A stretch of DNA of 59,495 nt. It comes from a virus (Duplodnaviria; Caudoviricetes). The stretch covers positions 1 to 59,495 of IMG/VR virus record IMGVR_UViG_3300042898_004908, one strand, 5' to 3'. The position numbers and the translations under genes were made by a program. Of the stretch, positions 45,847-55,967 are shown piece by piece. The notes under the pieces are model-generated. The model made no database searches, was not told the DNA's origin, and worked only from the letters and a program-made list of their open reading frames with translations. The first letter of the stretch is position 1. The number at the start of each line of letters is the position of its first letter.

Positions 45847-46614
45847 ATGGCCCAAGAACAAGATACACTTAATACCCTAAAACAAAATTTGATAGAATAT
45901 GTCAAATTGATGTTGGGCGATCAAATTATTGATTTGGAATTGGATCCTGCGCACTACGAAGCGGCCTACCAAAAAACCATTGGCACATATCGACAACGGG
46001 CCAACAATGCTTATGAAGAAAGCTACAGCTTTTTTACTCTGGTCAAAGATCAAAACATCTACACATTGCCGCAAGAAGTGATCAGCGTCCGACAGTGTTT
46101 CCGCCGTACATTTGGTGATTCAACTGGCCCATTTGCCAGCAACTTTGATCCATTTGCACAGGCCAGCTTGAATGTTTACCTGATGAACTTTAATGTGGCT
46201 GGCGGCTTGGCCACATATGATTTTTACAGTCAATATGTCGAGTTGGCTGCCAAAATGTTTGGCGGCTATTTCAATTACACTTACAATCAGGTTACTAAAA
46301 AATTACAGTTGATGCGTGATCCCAAAAACACTGGCGAAGCTGTGTTGATATGGACTTATAACCTAAAGCCCGAAATCAACTTGTTGAGTGACTTTCAAAT
46401 TCAACAATGGATCAAAGATTACATGACAGCCAACTGTAAAATGATCATTGGTGAAGCTCGTGAAAAATTTGGCACCATTGCTGGCCCACAGGGCGGTGGC
46501 ACATTAAATGGGGCCGCCATGAAAGCCGAAGCCAAAACAACCATGGACGAGTTGCTTGGGCAATTGGTAAATTATGTAGATGGAAGTCAACCGCTGACCT
46601 GGGTAATTGGTTAA
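45847..46614 (+). CDS. gp13: gp13-like neck protein
   Basis: L..Y.KLMLG, W.KDY..A..K.I.G....KF......GG.TLNG motif; TAAATA 45824-45829 upstream. Confidence 0.8.
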   Translation: MAQEQDTLNTLKQNLIEYVKLMLGDQIIDLELDPAHYEAAYQKTIGTYRQRANNAYEESYSFFTLVKDQNIYTLPQEVISVRQCFRRTFGDSTGPFASNFDPFAQASLNVYLMNFNVAGGLATYDFYSQYVELAAKMFGGYFNYTYNQVTKKLQLMRDPKNTGEAVLIWTYNLKPEINLLSDFQIQQWIKDYMTANCKMIIGEAREKFGTIAGPQGGGTLNGAAMKAEAKTTMDELLGQLVNYVDGSQPLTWVIG

Positions 46615-46621
46615 TATACAG

Positions 46622-46650
46622 TAGACTTGTATTTAAAATTCTGTTATACT
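46622..46650 (+). promoter_or_regulatory. Sigma70-type promoter, probably giving a leaderless transcript
   Basis: TAGACT-17-TATACT with TG; 6 nt before ATG 46657. Confidence 0.65.
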
Positions 46651-46656
46651 TGCAGT

Positions 46657-47181
46657 ATGGCAGACTTAATGATTGATCTTGAAGGGCTTGCAACAGGCCC
46701 AGATACTACTATTCTTACAATTGCGGCTCAATCATTTAACCCGTTTGGACAAGGCCATTTTGGCCAGAGTTACTATGCAAGAGTTACATTAGAGAGTCAA
46801 GAAGACCGTGCCATTGATCAAGGCACAATTGATTGGTGGGCCACACAACCTGCTGTGGTTCGAGATGAAGCATTCAACGAACAAGATCGTATTCCGTTAG
46901 ATCAAGCCCTAGATGAATTAGGTAAGTTGATTTGGCATTCCAGTAGAATATGGGCACAAGGTCCCACATATGACATGAACATCTTGGAGCATGCCTACAA
47001 GAGCTACGGCAAAGCATTGCCCTGGAAATACTACATGGTGCGTGATAGTCGTACTGTGTTTAGTTTGTGGCCTGATCAACCGATCCCGCCCACTAGCCAC
47101 CATGCTCTAGAAGACTGCCGCAGACAAATTGGCATGCTACAGCGCACACTACAACACCTAAATGTAAAGGTACTCAAATGA
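46657..47181 (+). CDS. DEDDh 3'-5' exonuclease (DexA/Rv2179c-like)
   Basis: MIDLE, WAQG..YD, RDSRT, HHALED; start reassigned to ATG 46657. Confidence 0.88.
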   Translation: MADLMIDLEGLATGPDTTILTIAAQSFNPFGQGHFGQSYYARVTLESQEDRAIDQGTIDWWATQPAVVRDEAFNEQDRIPLDQALDELGKLIWHSSRIWAQGPTYDMNILEHAYKSYGKALPWKYYMVRDSRTVFSLWPDQPIPPTSHHALEDCRRQIGMLQRTLQHLNVKVLK

Positions 47182-47819
47182 TAATTGGAATTTGTGGATT
47201 CATTGGCAGCGGCAAAGATACCATGGCTGACTATCTAGTAAACCTACATCAGTTTCGTAGAGAATCTTTTGCCAACACACTTAAAGATGCAGTGAGTCAA
47301 ATATTTGGTTGGGATCGTACCATGATTGAAGGCCGTACAAAAGCGGCAAGAGAATGGCGAGAGCAAGTGGATCCTTGGTGGGCTGATCGCCTGGGTATGC
47401 CTAATCTTACACCACGATGGATCCTTCAATATTGGGGCACAGAAGTTTGCCGGGCAGGATTTCATGACGATATCTGGATTGCTAGTTTGGAGAATAAACT
47501 GCGCAACTCTGAAGATGATGTTGTTATCAGTGATTGCCGCTTTCCAAATGAAATCTCGGCTATCAAACAAGCCGGCGGAATTGTGGTTAGAGTTGTGCGT
47601 GGTCCTGATCCTGAATGGTATGATCTGGCAATAGAATCAAATTGCGGCAGCTTTAATCATATGGCCACAGCATATCCTGATGTTCATGCCAGCGAAACCA
47701 GTTGGGTAGGCACAGAGTTTGACGCAGTTCTTGACAACAATCACTCACTTGACCACTTGTATCAGCAGATTAAAAATCTGGTTCAAGATCTCCTGGGCGC
47801 CAGGGTAGCTCAGTCCTGA
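47178..47819 (+). CDS. gp1: Deoxynucleoside monophosphate kinase (T4 gp1-like)
   Basis: GFIGSGKDT, LQYWGTE, ISDCRFPNE, HASE. Confidence 0.9.
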   Translation: MIIGICGFIGSGKDTMADYLVNLHQFRRESFANTLKDAVSQIFGWDRTMIEGRTKAAREWREQVDPWWADRLGMPNLTPRWILQYWGTEVCRAGFHDDIWIASLENKLRNSEDDVVISDCRFPNEISAIKQAGGIVVRVVRGPDPEWYDLAIESNCGSFNHMATAYPDVHASETSWVGTEFDAVLDNNHSLDHLYQQIKNLVQDLLGARVAQS

Positions 47820-48117
47820 GCAATTCCTCGGCACAGTTCCTACAAATACATTTTAAATTTTTAACAGCAATATTATTAAGATCACCGTCCACATGATATA
47901 CTAGTATCTGACTAGCATATCTTGCGTGAAATGCACAACGATCGCACTGCATTTTTTTCTTAAACCCGGCAGCTTTCCAGCGAGGCTCTCTAGGTTTTAT
48001 TCCCTTTCTCTTTCTGGCACAACTCTCACACCGTGATCGATAGTGCGCTACTCCGTCTCTGTAGTAGTTGACAGCACATGGTCGTTGAGAACAGGCTTTG
48101 CATAAAGGTCTTTTCAT
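47770..48117 (-). CDS. Zinc-finger/HNH-like protein
   Basis: CxxC pairs; YHVDGDLNN....NL..ICRNC; TAAATA 4 nt upstream. Confidence 0.7.
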   Translation of the reverse strand: MKRPLCKACSQRPCAVNYYRDGVAHYRSRCESCARKRKGIKPREPRWKAAGFKKKMQCDRCAFHARYASQILVYHVDGDLNNIAVKNLKCICRNCAEELLRTELPWRPGDLEPDF

Positions 48118-48212
48118 ACGGTATTTAGCAGTGGGCCTTTGCCAAAGGGTGCTATAACACCCACTTTTTTACCTTTATCAATAAATATCTACAACTTGAA
48201 AAGGAATCCACC

Positions 48213-51200
48213 ATGGCTCTAGTATCACCAGGCGTAGAAGTAACAGTTATTGACGAAAGTCAATATATTCCATCCGCAGTCAACACAGTACCTTACTTTT
48301 TGATTGCCACAGCACAGAACAAAGTTTCGGGTGCAGGTGTTGGAGTAGCAGCTGGAACTCTTGCTGCCAACGCAAACAAAACATATTTAATCACCAGTCA
48401 GCGTGATTTGGCAGCCACTTTTGGCGTACCATTCTTCTATAATACCACAACTGGTACTCCGATCAATGGTTACGAACTCAATGAGTACGGACTATTGGCA
48501 GCTTATTCAGCTCTTGGTATTACCAATCGTGCTTATGTTCAGCGAGCAGATGTCAATCTAACTGAATTAACAGCCAGTTTATCTCGCCCAGTTGGTGCCG
48601 CCGACAATGGCACATGGTGGTTAGACACTTCAACCACTACATGGGGACTACAAGTTTGGAATGCATCAACTGGCGCATTTACCAACACCACTCCTCTGGT
48701 GATCACAAACATCGACGACACAACACCCGATACCGACATTACAACTGGATTTACAACTTATGTGCCGTTAGACACAGTTGGTAGCATTGGAGATTATGCA
48801 GTTGTTACAGTTAGTACAGGCGCCGAGCGCGAAACACAAAATGTAGGTTGGTACAAAACTGCTGGTAATTCACCAGCTGGTGTAAGTGCCAATACCTGGG
48901 TAATCATTGGCAGCGACGAATGGAAATATTCATTCCCAACAGTAACAGGTACAGCAGCACCAACATCTTTGACGCCTAATGCCAACATGTTCATTAATGG
49001 CACATCAGTAGCAGTCCCTGTAGGCGCAACTGTAACCTCATTTGTTAACGTAATTAACGCAACAATGGTTGCTGTTAATCAAGGCATTCGTGCTCTCAAT
49101 GTCAATGGCAAATTATATCTGTATGCTGATTCAACAGCCGACAATGATGGCAGCACAGCTGACGGAGGCATTATTTCAATTCAAGCAGGTGGAACTTTTG
49201 GCGCAGCCTTGTTGACAGCTCTTGGTATCACGGCCGATGAATACTATGCACCATCATATTTTGTAGGCTACAGCTATCAGGCACCACGCTGGGGTAGCTC
49301 ACAAACACAACCTCGCCCAACTGGTTCTATCTGGAACAATGTAAGTCCAGTGAACAATGGGTTGAGCTTGAAAGTCAAGCAATACAATACTGCACTTGGC
49401 GTTTGGGTTGCACAGACAACCAATGCTTATGTCAGCACAGAGGCAGCATTGTTGGCACTAGACCCATCAGGTGGCGGCAGAAATATTTCTGTTGGCACTA
49501 CAATTGCTCAATGGAATGCAAACTATTTCACTACAACTCCAAACGATTCATTCTCGTTTGAAATTCTTGAGAAGTTGGCCCTGGGACAAACAATTGTAAC
49601 TGGTACAGCTACAAACCCTACATTCACAACATCATGGGCATTTGATATCTCTGCTAGTGCAGCCGGTACTACTACACTGAATACTGGTACTGCAACTATT
49701 GTTGGTACCACAGTGGCAGATTTTATTGCTGCCGTTAGTGCTGCTGATGTTCCTTATGTTAGTGCTAGCGTAAGCAGTGCAGGCAACTTGGTAATGACAC
49801 ACAGCCAAGGTGGTGTGATTTATTTGACTCAAACAAATGGTACTCCGTTGGCCTCAGCTGGTTTCACTTATGCTACTCCACAATGCCGTATCTCATCACA
49901 AGATGTTGATACACTGATTTTGAGCACATTTGTTACAGCACCTGAGTTCACTTATACTGCAAGCGATGTTGAACCAGATCAAAATCCTGCAGACGGTCGT
50001 TTGTGGTATTACAGCGCAGTTGATGACTGCGATATCATGATTCAAAACAACGGCGCCTGGGTTGGTTATCAAAATGTAGCAAACGATGTTCGTGGTTACG
50101 ACCTGACATTGTGTAATGCTACTGGTCCAATCATTGCAGCCACACAACCGTTGACACAGACTGACATTGCCGAAAGCCCATTAGAGCTCGGCGATTTGTG
50201 GATTGACTCCAGTGATCTTGAAAACTATCCAAAACTATATCGTTGGGAACAAGTCAGCGGTGTAAATCAGTGGGTATCAGTTGATACCACAGACCAAGTG
50301 TCACAGAATGGCGTATTGTTTGCTGATGCTCGCTGGGCACCAAATGGTACTACAGATCCTATCACTGATCCATTCCCAACCATTGTGAGCTTGCTGACCA
50401 GCAACTACTTGGACCTTGATGCTCCAGATCCAGCACTATACCCTGAAGGTATGTTGTTGTGGAACACACGCCGTTCAGGTTACAATGTCAAGAGCTTTCA
50501 GTTAGACTATTTCAATGGTATATCATTCCCTGATGACACATTGCCAGCAGTGACCAACACATGGTTAACTGCCAGCGGTAACAAGTCAAATGGTAGTATG
50601 TATTCAGGTCGTTTGGCACAACGCCAGATGGTTGTAGAAGCCTTGAAATCAGGTATTGACACCAGCCTGGGCGCAAGAGAAGATATTGCAGTATATACAT
50701 TGATTGCTACACCAGCTTACCCAGAACTGATTCCTAACATGATTGCACTCAGCAATGAGCGCAACAACACATTGTTTGTGGTTGGCGATACACCGATGCG
50801 TTTGGCTGGTAACGGCAACGACTTGGTTGCCTGGGCAACCAACAACAGTGGATTGGGTATACCCACAGAAGATGGACAGATTGCAACCAGCAATTATGCT
50901 GCCACATTCTATCCAAGCTGCCAGACTACTGACCTAGGCGGTAACTTGGTTGTACAACCTCCAAGCCACATGATGGTACGCACTATCATCCGCAGTGACG
51001 AAGTGAGCTATCCATGGTTGGCACCTGCTGGTACACGCCGTGGCGTGATTGACAATGCGTTACAGCTAGGTTTTATTGCTGCCGCAACTGGCGAATTCCA
51101 ACCATTGAGTGTTAACCAAGCATTGCGTGATATCCTGTACGAACAGAATGTCAACCCAATCACATTCGTTAACGGTGTTGGTATCACCAACTTTGGTAAC

Positions 51201-51551
51201 AAAACAAGTCGTGCTGTTACTACAGCGTTGGATCGTATTAATGTGGCCCGATTGGTTGCATTCTTGCGTGGCAGACTTGAAGAAATTGGTAAATTGTATC
51301 TGTTTGAACCAAACGATCAAATTACACGAAACGAAATCACTAACACATGCAATAGCTTGATGATTGACTTGATTTCTAAACGAGCAATTTACGACTATCT
51401 AGTTGTGTGTGACTTGAGCAACAATACACCTGCTAGAATTGATCGTAACGAATTGTATGTAGATATTGCTATTGAGCCAGTCAAAGCAGTTGAATTTATC
51501 TACATTCCTTTACGAATCAAGAACACCGGAGAACTTTCTGGTGGAGGGTGA
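48213..51551 (+). CDS. gp18: Tail sheath protein with large insertions
   Basis: LVSPGVEVTVIDES; PWLAPAG.RRG, LY...VNPI, DRINVARL, LFEPND, P.KAVEFI. Confidence 0.93.
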   Translation: MALVSPGVEVTVIDESQYIPSAVNTVPYFLIATAQNKVSGAGVGVAAGTLAANANKTYLITSQRDLAATFGVPFFYNTTTGTPINGYELNEYGLLAAYSALGITNRAYVQRADVNLTELTASLSRPVGAADNGTWWLDTSTTTWGLQVWNASTGAFTNTTPLVITNIDDTTPDTDITTGFTTYVPLDTVGSIGDYAVVTVSTGAERETQNVGWYKTAGNSPAGVSANTWVIIGSDEWKYSFPTVTGTAAPTSLTPNANMFINGTSVAVPVGATVTSFVNVINATMVAVNQGIRALNVNGKLYLYADSTADNDGSTADGGIISIQAGGTFGAALLTALGITADEYYAPSYFVGYSYQAPRWGSSQTQPRPTGSIWNNVSPVNNGLSLKVKQYNTALGVWVAQTTNAYVSTEAALLALDPSGGGRNISVGTTIAQWNANYFTTTPNDSFSFEILEKLALGQTIVTGTATNPTFTTSWAFDISASAAGTTTLNTGTATIVGTTVADFIAAVSAADVPYVSASVSSAGNLVMTHSQGGVIYLTQTNGTPLASAGFTYATPQCRISSQDVDTLILSTFVTAPEFTYTASDVEPDQNPADGRLWYYSAVDDCDIMIQNNGAWVGYQNVANDVRGYDLTLCNATGPIIAATQPLTQTDIAESPLELGDLWIDSSDLENYPKLYRWEQVSGVNQWVSVDTTDQVSQNGVLFADARWAPNGTTDPITDPFPTIVSLLTSNYLDLDAPDPALYPEGMLLWNTRRSGYNVKSFQLDYFNGISFPDDTLPAVTNTWLTASGNKSNGSMYSGRLAQRQMVVEALKSGIDTSLGAREDIAVYTLIATPAYPELIPNMIALSNERNNTLFVVGDTPMRLAGNGNDLVAWATNNSGLGIPTEDGQIATSNYAATFYPSCQTTDLGGNLVVQPPSHMMVRTIIRSDEVSYPWLAPAGTRRGVIDNALQLGFIAAATGEFQPLSVNQALRDILYEQNVNPITFVNGVGITNFGNKTSRAVTTALDRINVARLVAFLRGRLEEIGKLYLFEPNDQITRNEITNTCNSLMIDLISKRAIYDYLVVCDLSNNTPARIDRNELYVDIAIEPVKAVEFIYIPLRIKNTGELSGGG

Positions 51552-51560
51552 TGAAACTTA

Positions 51561-51584
51561 AAAGTAGGGCGAAAGCCCTACTTT
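51561..51584 (+). terminator. Hairpin/terminator after the sheath gene
   Basis: AAAGTAGGGC-GAAA-GCCCTACTTT. Confidence 0.7.
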
Positions 51585-51630
51585 CGAGCTAGGAATTACA
51601 GATAAATAAAACATATAGGAGATATACAAA

Positions 51631-52263
51631 ATGGCAGTTTCATCATTACAAAAAATGACAGTTCCTTTGGCAAGTGACCAAAGTTCGTCTACACAAGGCT
51701 TGCTAATGCCAAAACTCAGATATCGCTTTAGAGTGATGTTTGAAAATATTGGTACAGGCACAGATGTTACAGAATTAACCAAACAGGTTGTGAGCTTTTC
51801 ACGACCAAACTTGACATTCGAAGAAATCCCATTACCAATTTACAATTCAACATTGAAGTTGGCTGGTCGTCACTCATGGGCCGATACCACATGTGAAATT
51901 CGTGATGATGCCAATGGCAGCGTGTCAAAATTGATCGGCGAACAGATTCAGAAACAAATGGACTTCTTGGAAATGTCCAGTGCCGCTTCAGGTATTGACT
52001 ACAAGTTCTTGACAAGATTTGAAGTTCTTGATGGTGGCAACGGTGCTGCCACTCCTGTGGTTCTTGAGTCATGGGAACTGTATGGTTGCTATATCAAGAG
52101 TGCAGACTACGGTGCAATGAACTATGGTACCAATGAAGCTGCAACGATTACCATAACACTCGGATTCGACAATGCTAACCAAGGCAACCAAGGTGGTGGC
52201 GGAGTTGGCGGAATAATTGGTAGAACCGTTGGCGATGTTGTAACGGGTGTAGGCTCTAACTAA
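51631..52263 (+). CDS. gp19: Tail tube protein
   Basis: PKLRYRFRV, AGRHSW, WELYGC; follows sheath; TAAATA 51603 and AGGAG RBS. Confidence 0.85.
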   Translation: MAVSSLQKMTVPLASDQSSSTQGLLMPKLRYRFRVMFENIGTGTDVTELTKQVVSFSRPNLTFEEIPLPIYNSTLKLAGRHSWADTTCEIRDDANGSVSKLIGEQIQKQMDFLEMSSAASGIDYKFLTRFEVLDGGNGAATPVVLESWELYGCYIKSADYGAMNYGTNEAATITITLGFDNANQGNQGGGGVGGIIGRTVGDVVTGVGSN

Positions 52264-52273
52264 GGAATATTAA

Positions 52274-53458
52274 ATGTCTAGCTTCGGCCAAGACTTCCTT
52301 AAAGGGTTTACGGCAGTCAATAACTTGCGTGATTACACTCACGCAAGTAAAGTTTTTAGGACCAACGCCTATGAACTAAAACCCCGATTTAAATTTCTGT
52401 TCCATGTTGTGTTTACACTCAATGTGGATCAGATTCCTGCGCTTAGAAATAGCAAAATTTTTGGCGCCAGCGAAATATACAATCTTAGCCTTGCGGTCAA
52501 GACAGTTGATTTACCCAAGTACAACATCAGTCATGAAGTATTGAATCAGTACAATCGCAAACGAGTGGTTCAGACCAAGATCAACTATGATCCTGTGAAT
52601 CTAACTTTTCATGACGACGGTGGCGACAACATTAGAGAATTTTGGTACCAGTACTATTCGTACTACTACAAAGATCCTGCTCAAAAGTATATCTCAACAG
52701 CCAGCAATACCAATGGCAGCATCGGACCTAGCCAGACGGCACAAACAGGCATGAGCTACAACAATCGTGACATCTACGAACAAAACCGTACAGGCAATGT
52801 CAACGATTGGGGTTTCATTGGCGAAAGCTACAATGACGGAACCAGTACAGCATCGGGCAAACCACCATTTTTCAAAGACATTCAAATTGTTGGCTTTGAT
52901 CAACACAAGTATGCACGATACATTTTGATCAATCCTATCATTACCAATTGGAGTCATGATCAGTATGATTACAGTCAAGGCGCTGGCATCATGCAAAATT
53001 CAATGACCATTGCATACGAAACTGTAAAGTATTATTCAGGCGCCCTGGGCAAACCAGATGCCAATATCAACTGGCCAGATACTGCTCACTACGATACTAC
53101 TCCTAGTGCGTTGGCTCGTCCAGGGTCTACTGCTACTGTATTTGGTCAAGGCGGCCTGCTCAGCACTGGCAATGGTATCATGCAAGATTTGCAAAGTGGC
53201 AGTGTCATGGGACTCATTGGCGCCGCACAAAAAGCTGGCGCACTTCGCAACACATTCAAAGGCAAGAGCCTCAAGAGCATTGTCAAATCAGAAGCTGTGG
53301 CGCTTGGCACACAGGTGCTTGTGGGTGCATTGCCTGGCGCCACTCGAGCAGTAATTAACAAAGCTGACAGCTGGTTATTCCCGACACAAACTGCGGCTCG
53401 TACTCAAGGCGTGGTCAATCAGATCAATCAAGGACAAATTGCAGGAGGTGGCGTATGA
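52274..53458 (+). CDS. Tail-tube-fold protein (gp19/gp54-like)
   Basis: VDLPK, YDPVNLTFHDD, LINP.I, IAYE tube-fold pattern. Confidence 0.55.
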   Translation: MSSFGQDFLKGFTAVNNLRDYTHASKVFRTNAYELKPRFKFLFHVVFTLNVDQIPALRNSKIFGASEIYNLSLAVKTVDLPKYNISHEVLNQYNRKRVVQTKINYDPVNLTFHDDGGDNIREFWYQYYSYYYKDPAQKYISTASNTNGSIGPSQTAQTGMSYNNRDIYEQNRTGNVNDWGFIGESYNDGTSTASGKPPFFKDIQIVGFDQHKYARYILINPIITNWSHDQYDYSQGAGIMQNSMTIAYETVKYYSGALGKPDANINWPDTAHYDTTPSALARPGSTATVFGQGGLLSTGNGIMQDLQSGSVMGLIGAAQKAGALRNTFKGKSLKSIVKSEAVALGTQVLVGALPGATRAVINKADSWLFPTQTAARTQGVVNQINQGQIAGGGV

Positions 53459-53814
53459 GCACAGTAAATTACACAAATCCCAACTTGGATTTAACAGTCA
53501 GAGTATTTGATCAATTTTACAAATATGATGCCAATGTTCCTGCTGCCGAGTATGACATTGTCAACAGCTTTTTCCGAAAAGAAATGAGCGATGCCAGAAT
53601 TGCAGGCAACTTTACAGTCAGCCTGTTTCAAGTGGCAGAAGAAACCAACATTCCTGTGCTGACATTACTGGATACTTTCAAAGGCAAATCAGGACTAGAT
53701 CTCACAGTCAGCATGGCCTACTATCTCAATAATATTCGTAGCCGGGCCACCCTACTTGGGGTAAATGCACAAGTGGTTCCCAACTACTATGCCGCTAGAA
53801 CAATACTGCAATGA
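53455..53814 (+). CDS. Hypothetical protein
   Basis: ATGA-coupled 119-aa ORF. Confidence 0.7.
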   Translation: MSTVNYTNPNLDLTVRVFDQFYKYDANVPAAEYDIVNSFFRKEMSDARIAGNFTVSLFQVAEETNIPVLTLLDTFKGKSGLDLTVSMAYYLNNIRSRATLLGVNAQVVPNYYAARTILQ

Positions 53815-54242
53815 GTCGTTGGGCACAAGGCACATATCAAATTCTCAACCATGAAAAGTATGTGGGCAAAGGCTTGCCTAGATACCGATCAGGCTGGGAA
53901 CACAGTTTCATGCGCTTTTGTGACAGCAACGACAATGTGCTACAGTGGGCCAGCGAAAGCATATCCATTCCTTACCGTCATCCACTGACTGGTAAAATGA
54001 CCAACTATATCCCAGATTTCCTTATTACATATCGCACCAAGGACAACACCATGCGAGCTGAATTGATAGAAATCAAGCCCAAAGGCCAAAGTTCAATCAT
54101 GGAAGGGCAAAAGCCCAGAGAGCGTGCCGTAGTTGCCATCAACTATGCCAAATGGGCATCTGCCCAAAAGTGGTGTAAACAACACGGGTTAACTTTCAGG
54201 GTTCTCACCGAAGACGATCTCTTTGTAAACGGCCGCAAATAG
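53811..54242 (+). CDS. gp4: gp4-like head completion protein (TnsA-like nuclease fold)
   Basis: KY.G....YRS.WE..FM, W.SE, Y.PDF, IEIKP, N.AKW, LTE. Confidence 0.88.
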   Translation: MSRWAQGTYQILNHEKYVGKGLPRYRSGWEHSFMRFCDSNDNVLQWASESISIPYRHPLTGKMTNYIPDFLITYRTKDNTMRAELIEIKPKGQSSIMEGQKPRERAVVAINYAKWASAQKWCKQHGLTFRVLTEDDLFVNGRK

Positions 54243-54272
54243 TAAACTATGCAAAGTCTGCTAAATATTAGC

Positions 54273-54845
54273 ATGACTGTTTATTATCTTTACAAAAAAA
54301 CTCACAAAACAACTAATTTAAAATACTTGGGATTTACTAAAAAAAATCCTCACAAGTATAAAGGATCTGGGATCAAATGGCTCTTTCATTTAAACAAACA
54401 TGGATACAATGTTGAAACTGAAATATTGTACGAGACAACCGAGCGTGACAAAATACAACAATTAGGAGAATACTACAGCAAACTATGGAATGTAGTTCAA
54501 TCTCCTGAATGGGCTAACTTAAAACCTGAATCTGGCGATGGCGGCGGCGTTCCTGGAATGAATAAAGGAAAATCTCGACCGCAAGAACACAAAGATGCAA
54601 TGCGAGCAGGGTGGGAACGCATCAAGCAAAAAGGATACCAACCCTGGAATAAAGGCATCACTGGACTACCAGGTCCTTGTCAGACTACAATATTGGTTTC
54701 TCCAGACGGAACTGAATATTTGTATGAAAGTATGAAGCAAGGATGCAAAGAAAATAATCTCATTTACACAAAAATGAGCAGTGTAAAAAACGGGCACCTA
54801 GAACATTACAAAGGCTGGACTATTAAAAAGGTAAGTAAATCATGA
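54273..54845 (+). CDS. Seg-like GIY-YIG homing endonuclease
   Basis: YLYKKTH....KYLG...Y.GSG; NL.....DGG; PWNKG; start at ATG 54273, 5 nt after TAAATA. Confidence 0.75.
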   Translation: MTVYYLYKKTHKTTNLKYLGFTKKNPHKYKGSGIKWLFHLNKHGYNVETEILYETTERDKIQQLGEYYSKLWNVVQSPEWANLKPESGDGGGVPGMNKGKSRPQEHKDAMRAGWERIKQKGYQPWNKGITGLPGPCQTTILVSPDGTEYLYESMKQGCKENNLIYTKMSSVKNGHLEHYKGWTIKKVSKS

Positions 54846-55333
54846 CCAGAAAACTCGAAGAACTTTTTGACCTACCGCCCACAGTTGAAGAAGTTGACCT
54901 AGCTGTCCCTTCTATTCCTGAAAACAAAGCCCAACTGCAAGTGATCAACGATGCTATCAACAAGATAGATGCGGCATTGCCTGCGGTCAAAGGATTGGAA
55001 TCCACAGATCAAGAGATGGACGAATTGGCAGACTTGGCCAAAGACAGCTACAAAGATCTCATGGATCTTGGCATGCAAGTTGACAGTCGTTTTGCCAGTG
55101 AAATCTTCAGTGTAGCATCAAACATGCTGGGACATGCAATCACAGCAAAAACAGCTAAGTTGGACAAAAAGCTCAAGATGATTGACCTGCAAATGAAGAA
55201 AATGCGACTAGATCAACAACAGGCCAAAGACGATCCTGAAGGCACAGTACAAACAGCTTCGGGCACACTATTGAATCGAAATGATTTGTTGGAACGCATA
55301 CTTGCTAACAATCAAAAAGATAAAAAAGAATAA
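54842..55333 (+). CDS. Probable terminase small subunit (gp16-like)
   Basis: Helical 163-aa protein, LEELFDL start, ..RNDLL end; position after gp4. Weak evidence. Confidence 0.45.
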   Translation: MTRKLEELFDLPPTVEEVDLAVPSIPENKAQLQVINDAINKIDAALPAVKGLESTDQEMDELADLAKDSYKDLMDLGMQVDSRFASEIFSVASNMLGHAITAKTAKLDKKLKMIDLQMKKMRLDQQQAKDDPEGTVQTASGTLLNRNDLLERILANNQKDKKE

Positions 55334-55353
55334 ATATACCACAGGAACCTGAT

Positions 55354-55962
55354 ATGAAACCATTCGCACAATATCTAGCTGAAAGCGAGCGCACATACGA
55401 TTATCGTATTAAAATGTGCGGCCGTGTAAGCACAGAATTCGTTCAACAACTGAAAAGCAAACTAGACCAGTTTGATCCAGTTAAACTGGGCGACATTAAA
55501 ACAACCCCCGTACAGAAAATTTTAACTGATTTCCCCAATCACAAAAATGATTCTGTCAGCATGTTTGATGTGAGCTTTAGATACCCAGCCATTGAACCAC
55601 AGATCAAACAGCTGGCACAATTGTCAGGCATGGATCCAAATCTTATCATAATGTCAACTCGTAGTTACGACGAAGACATGATGAGTGAAGTAGACAAGAT
55701 TGAAGCGCAAAACAAAAATCTTTTGACAGACACAGATTATCCCACAGATGATCCCAAGCAACGAGCTCTCAAGAAAGATTACAGTGCACCACCACATGAT
55801 CATGTGGTTCTAAAAAACGCTTATCGCAGTGACTTCACTGTGGCTGGTGGCAAAACACCCCCGGCAAAAACAACCAACGACCTTCCACAAGGCGTTAAGG
55901 GTCCGATGTACAAAATCAGTCGCCCACCAAAGCCCGCTACCGGCCAAAACCCAAGAGGATAA
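55354..55962 (+). CDS. Hypothetical head-associated protein
   Basis: MKPFAQYLAE N-terminus resembles a capsid-targeting sequence; TAAATA 55331. Confidence 0.7.
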   Translation: MKPFAQYLAESERTYDYRIKMCGRVSTEFVQQLKSKLDQFDPVKLGDIKTTPVQKILTDFPNHKNDSVSMFDVSFRYPAIEPQIKQLAQLSGMDPNLIIMSTRSYDEDMMSEVDKIEAQNKNLLTDTDYPTDDPKQRALKKDYSAPPHDHVVLKNAYRSDFTVAGGKTPPAKTTNDLPQGVKGPMYKISRPPKPATGQNPRG

Positions 55963-55967
55963 TACAA

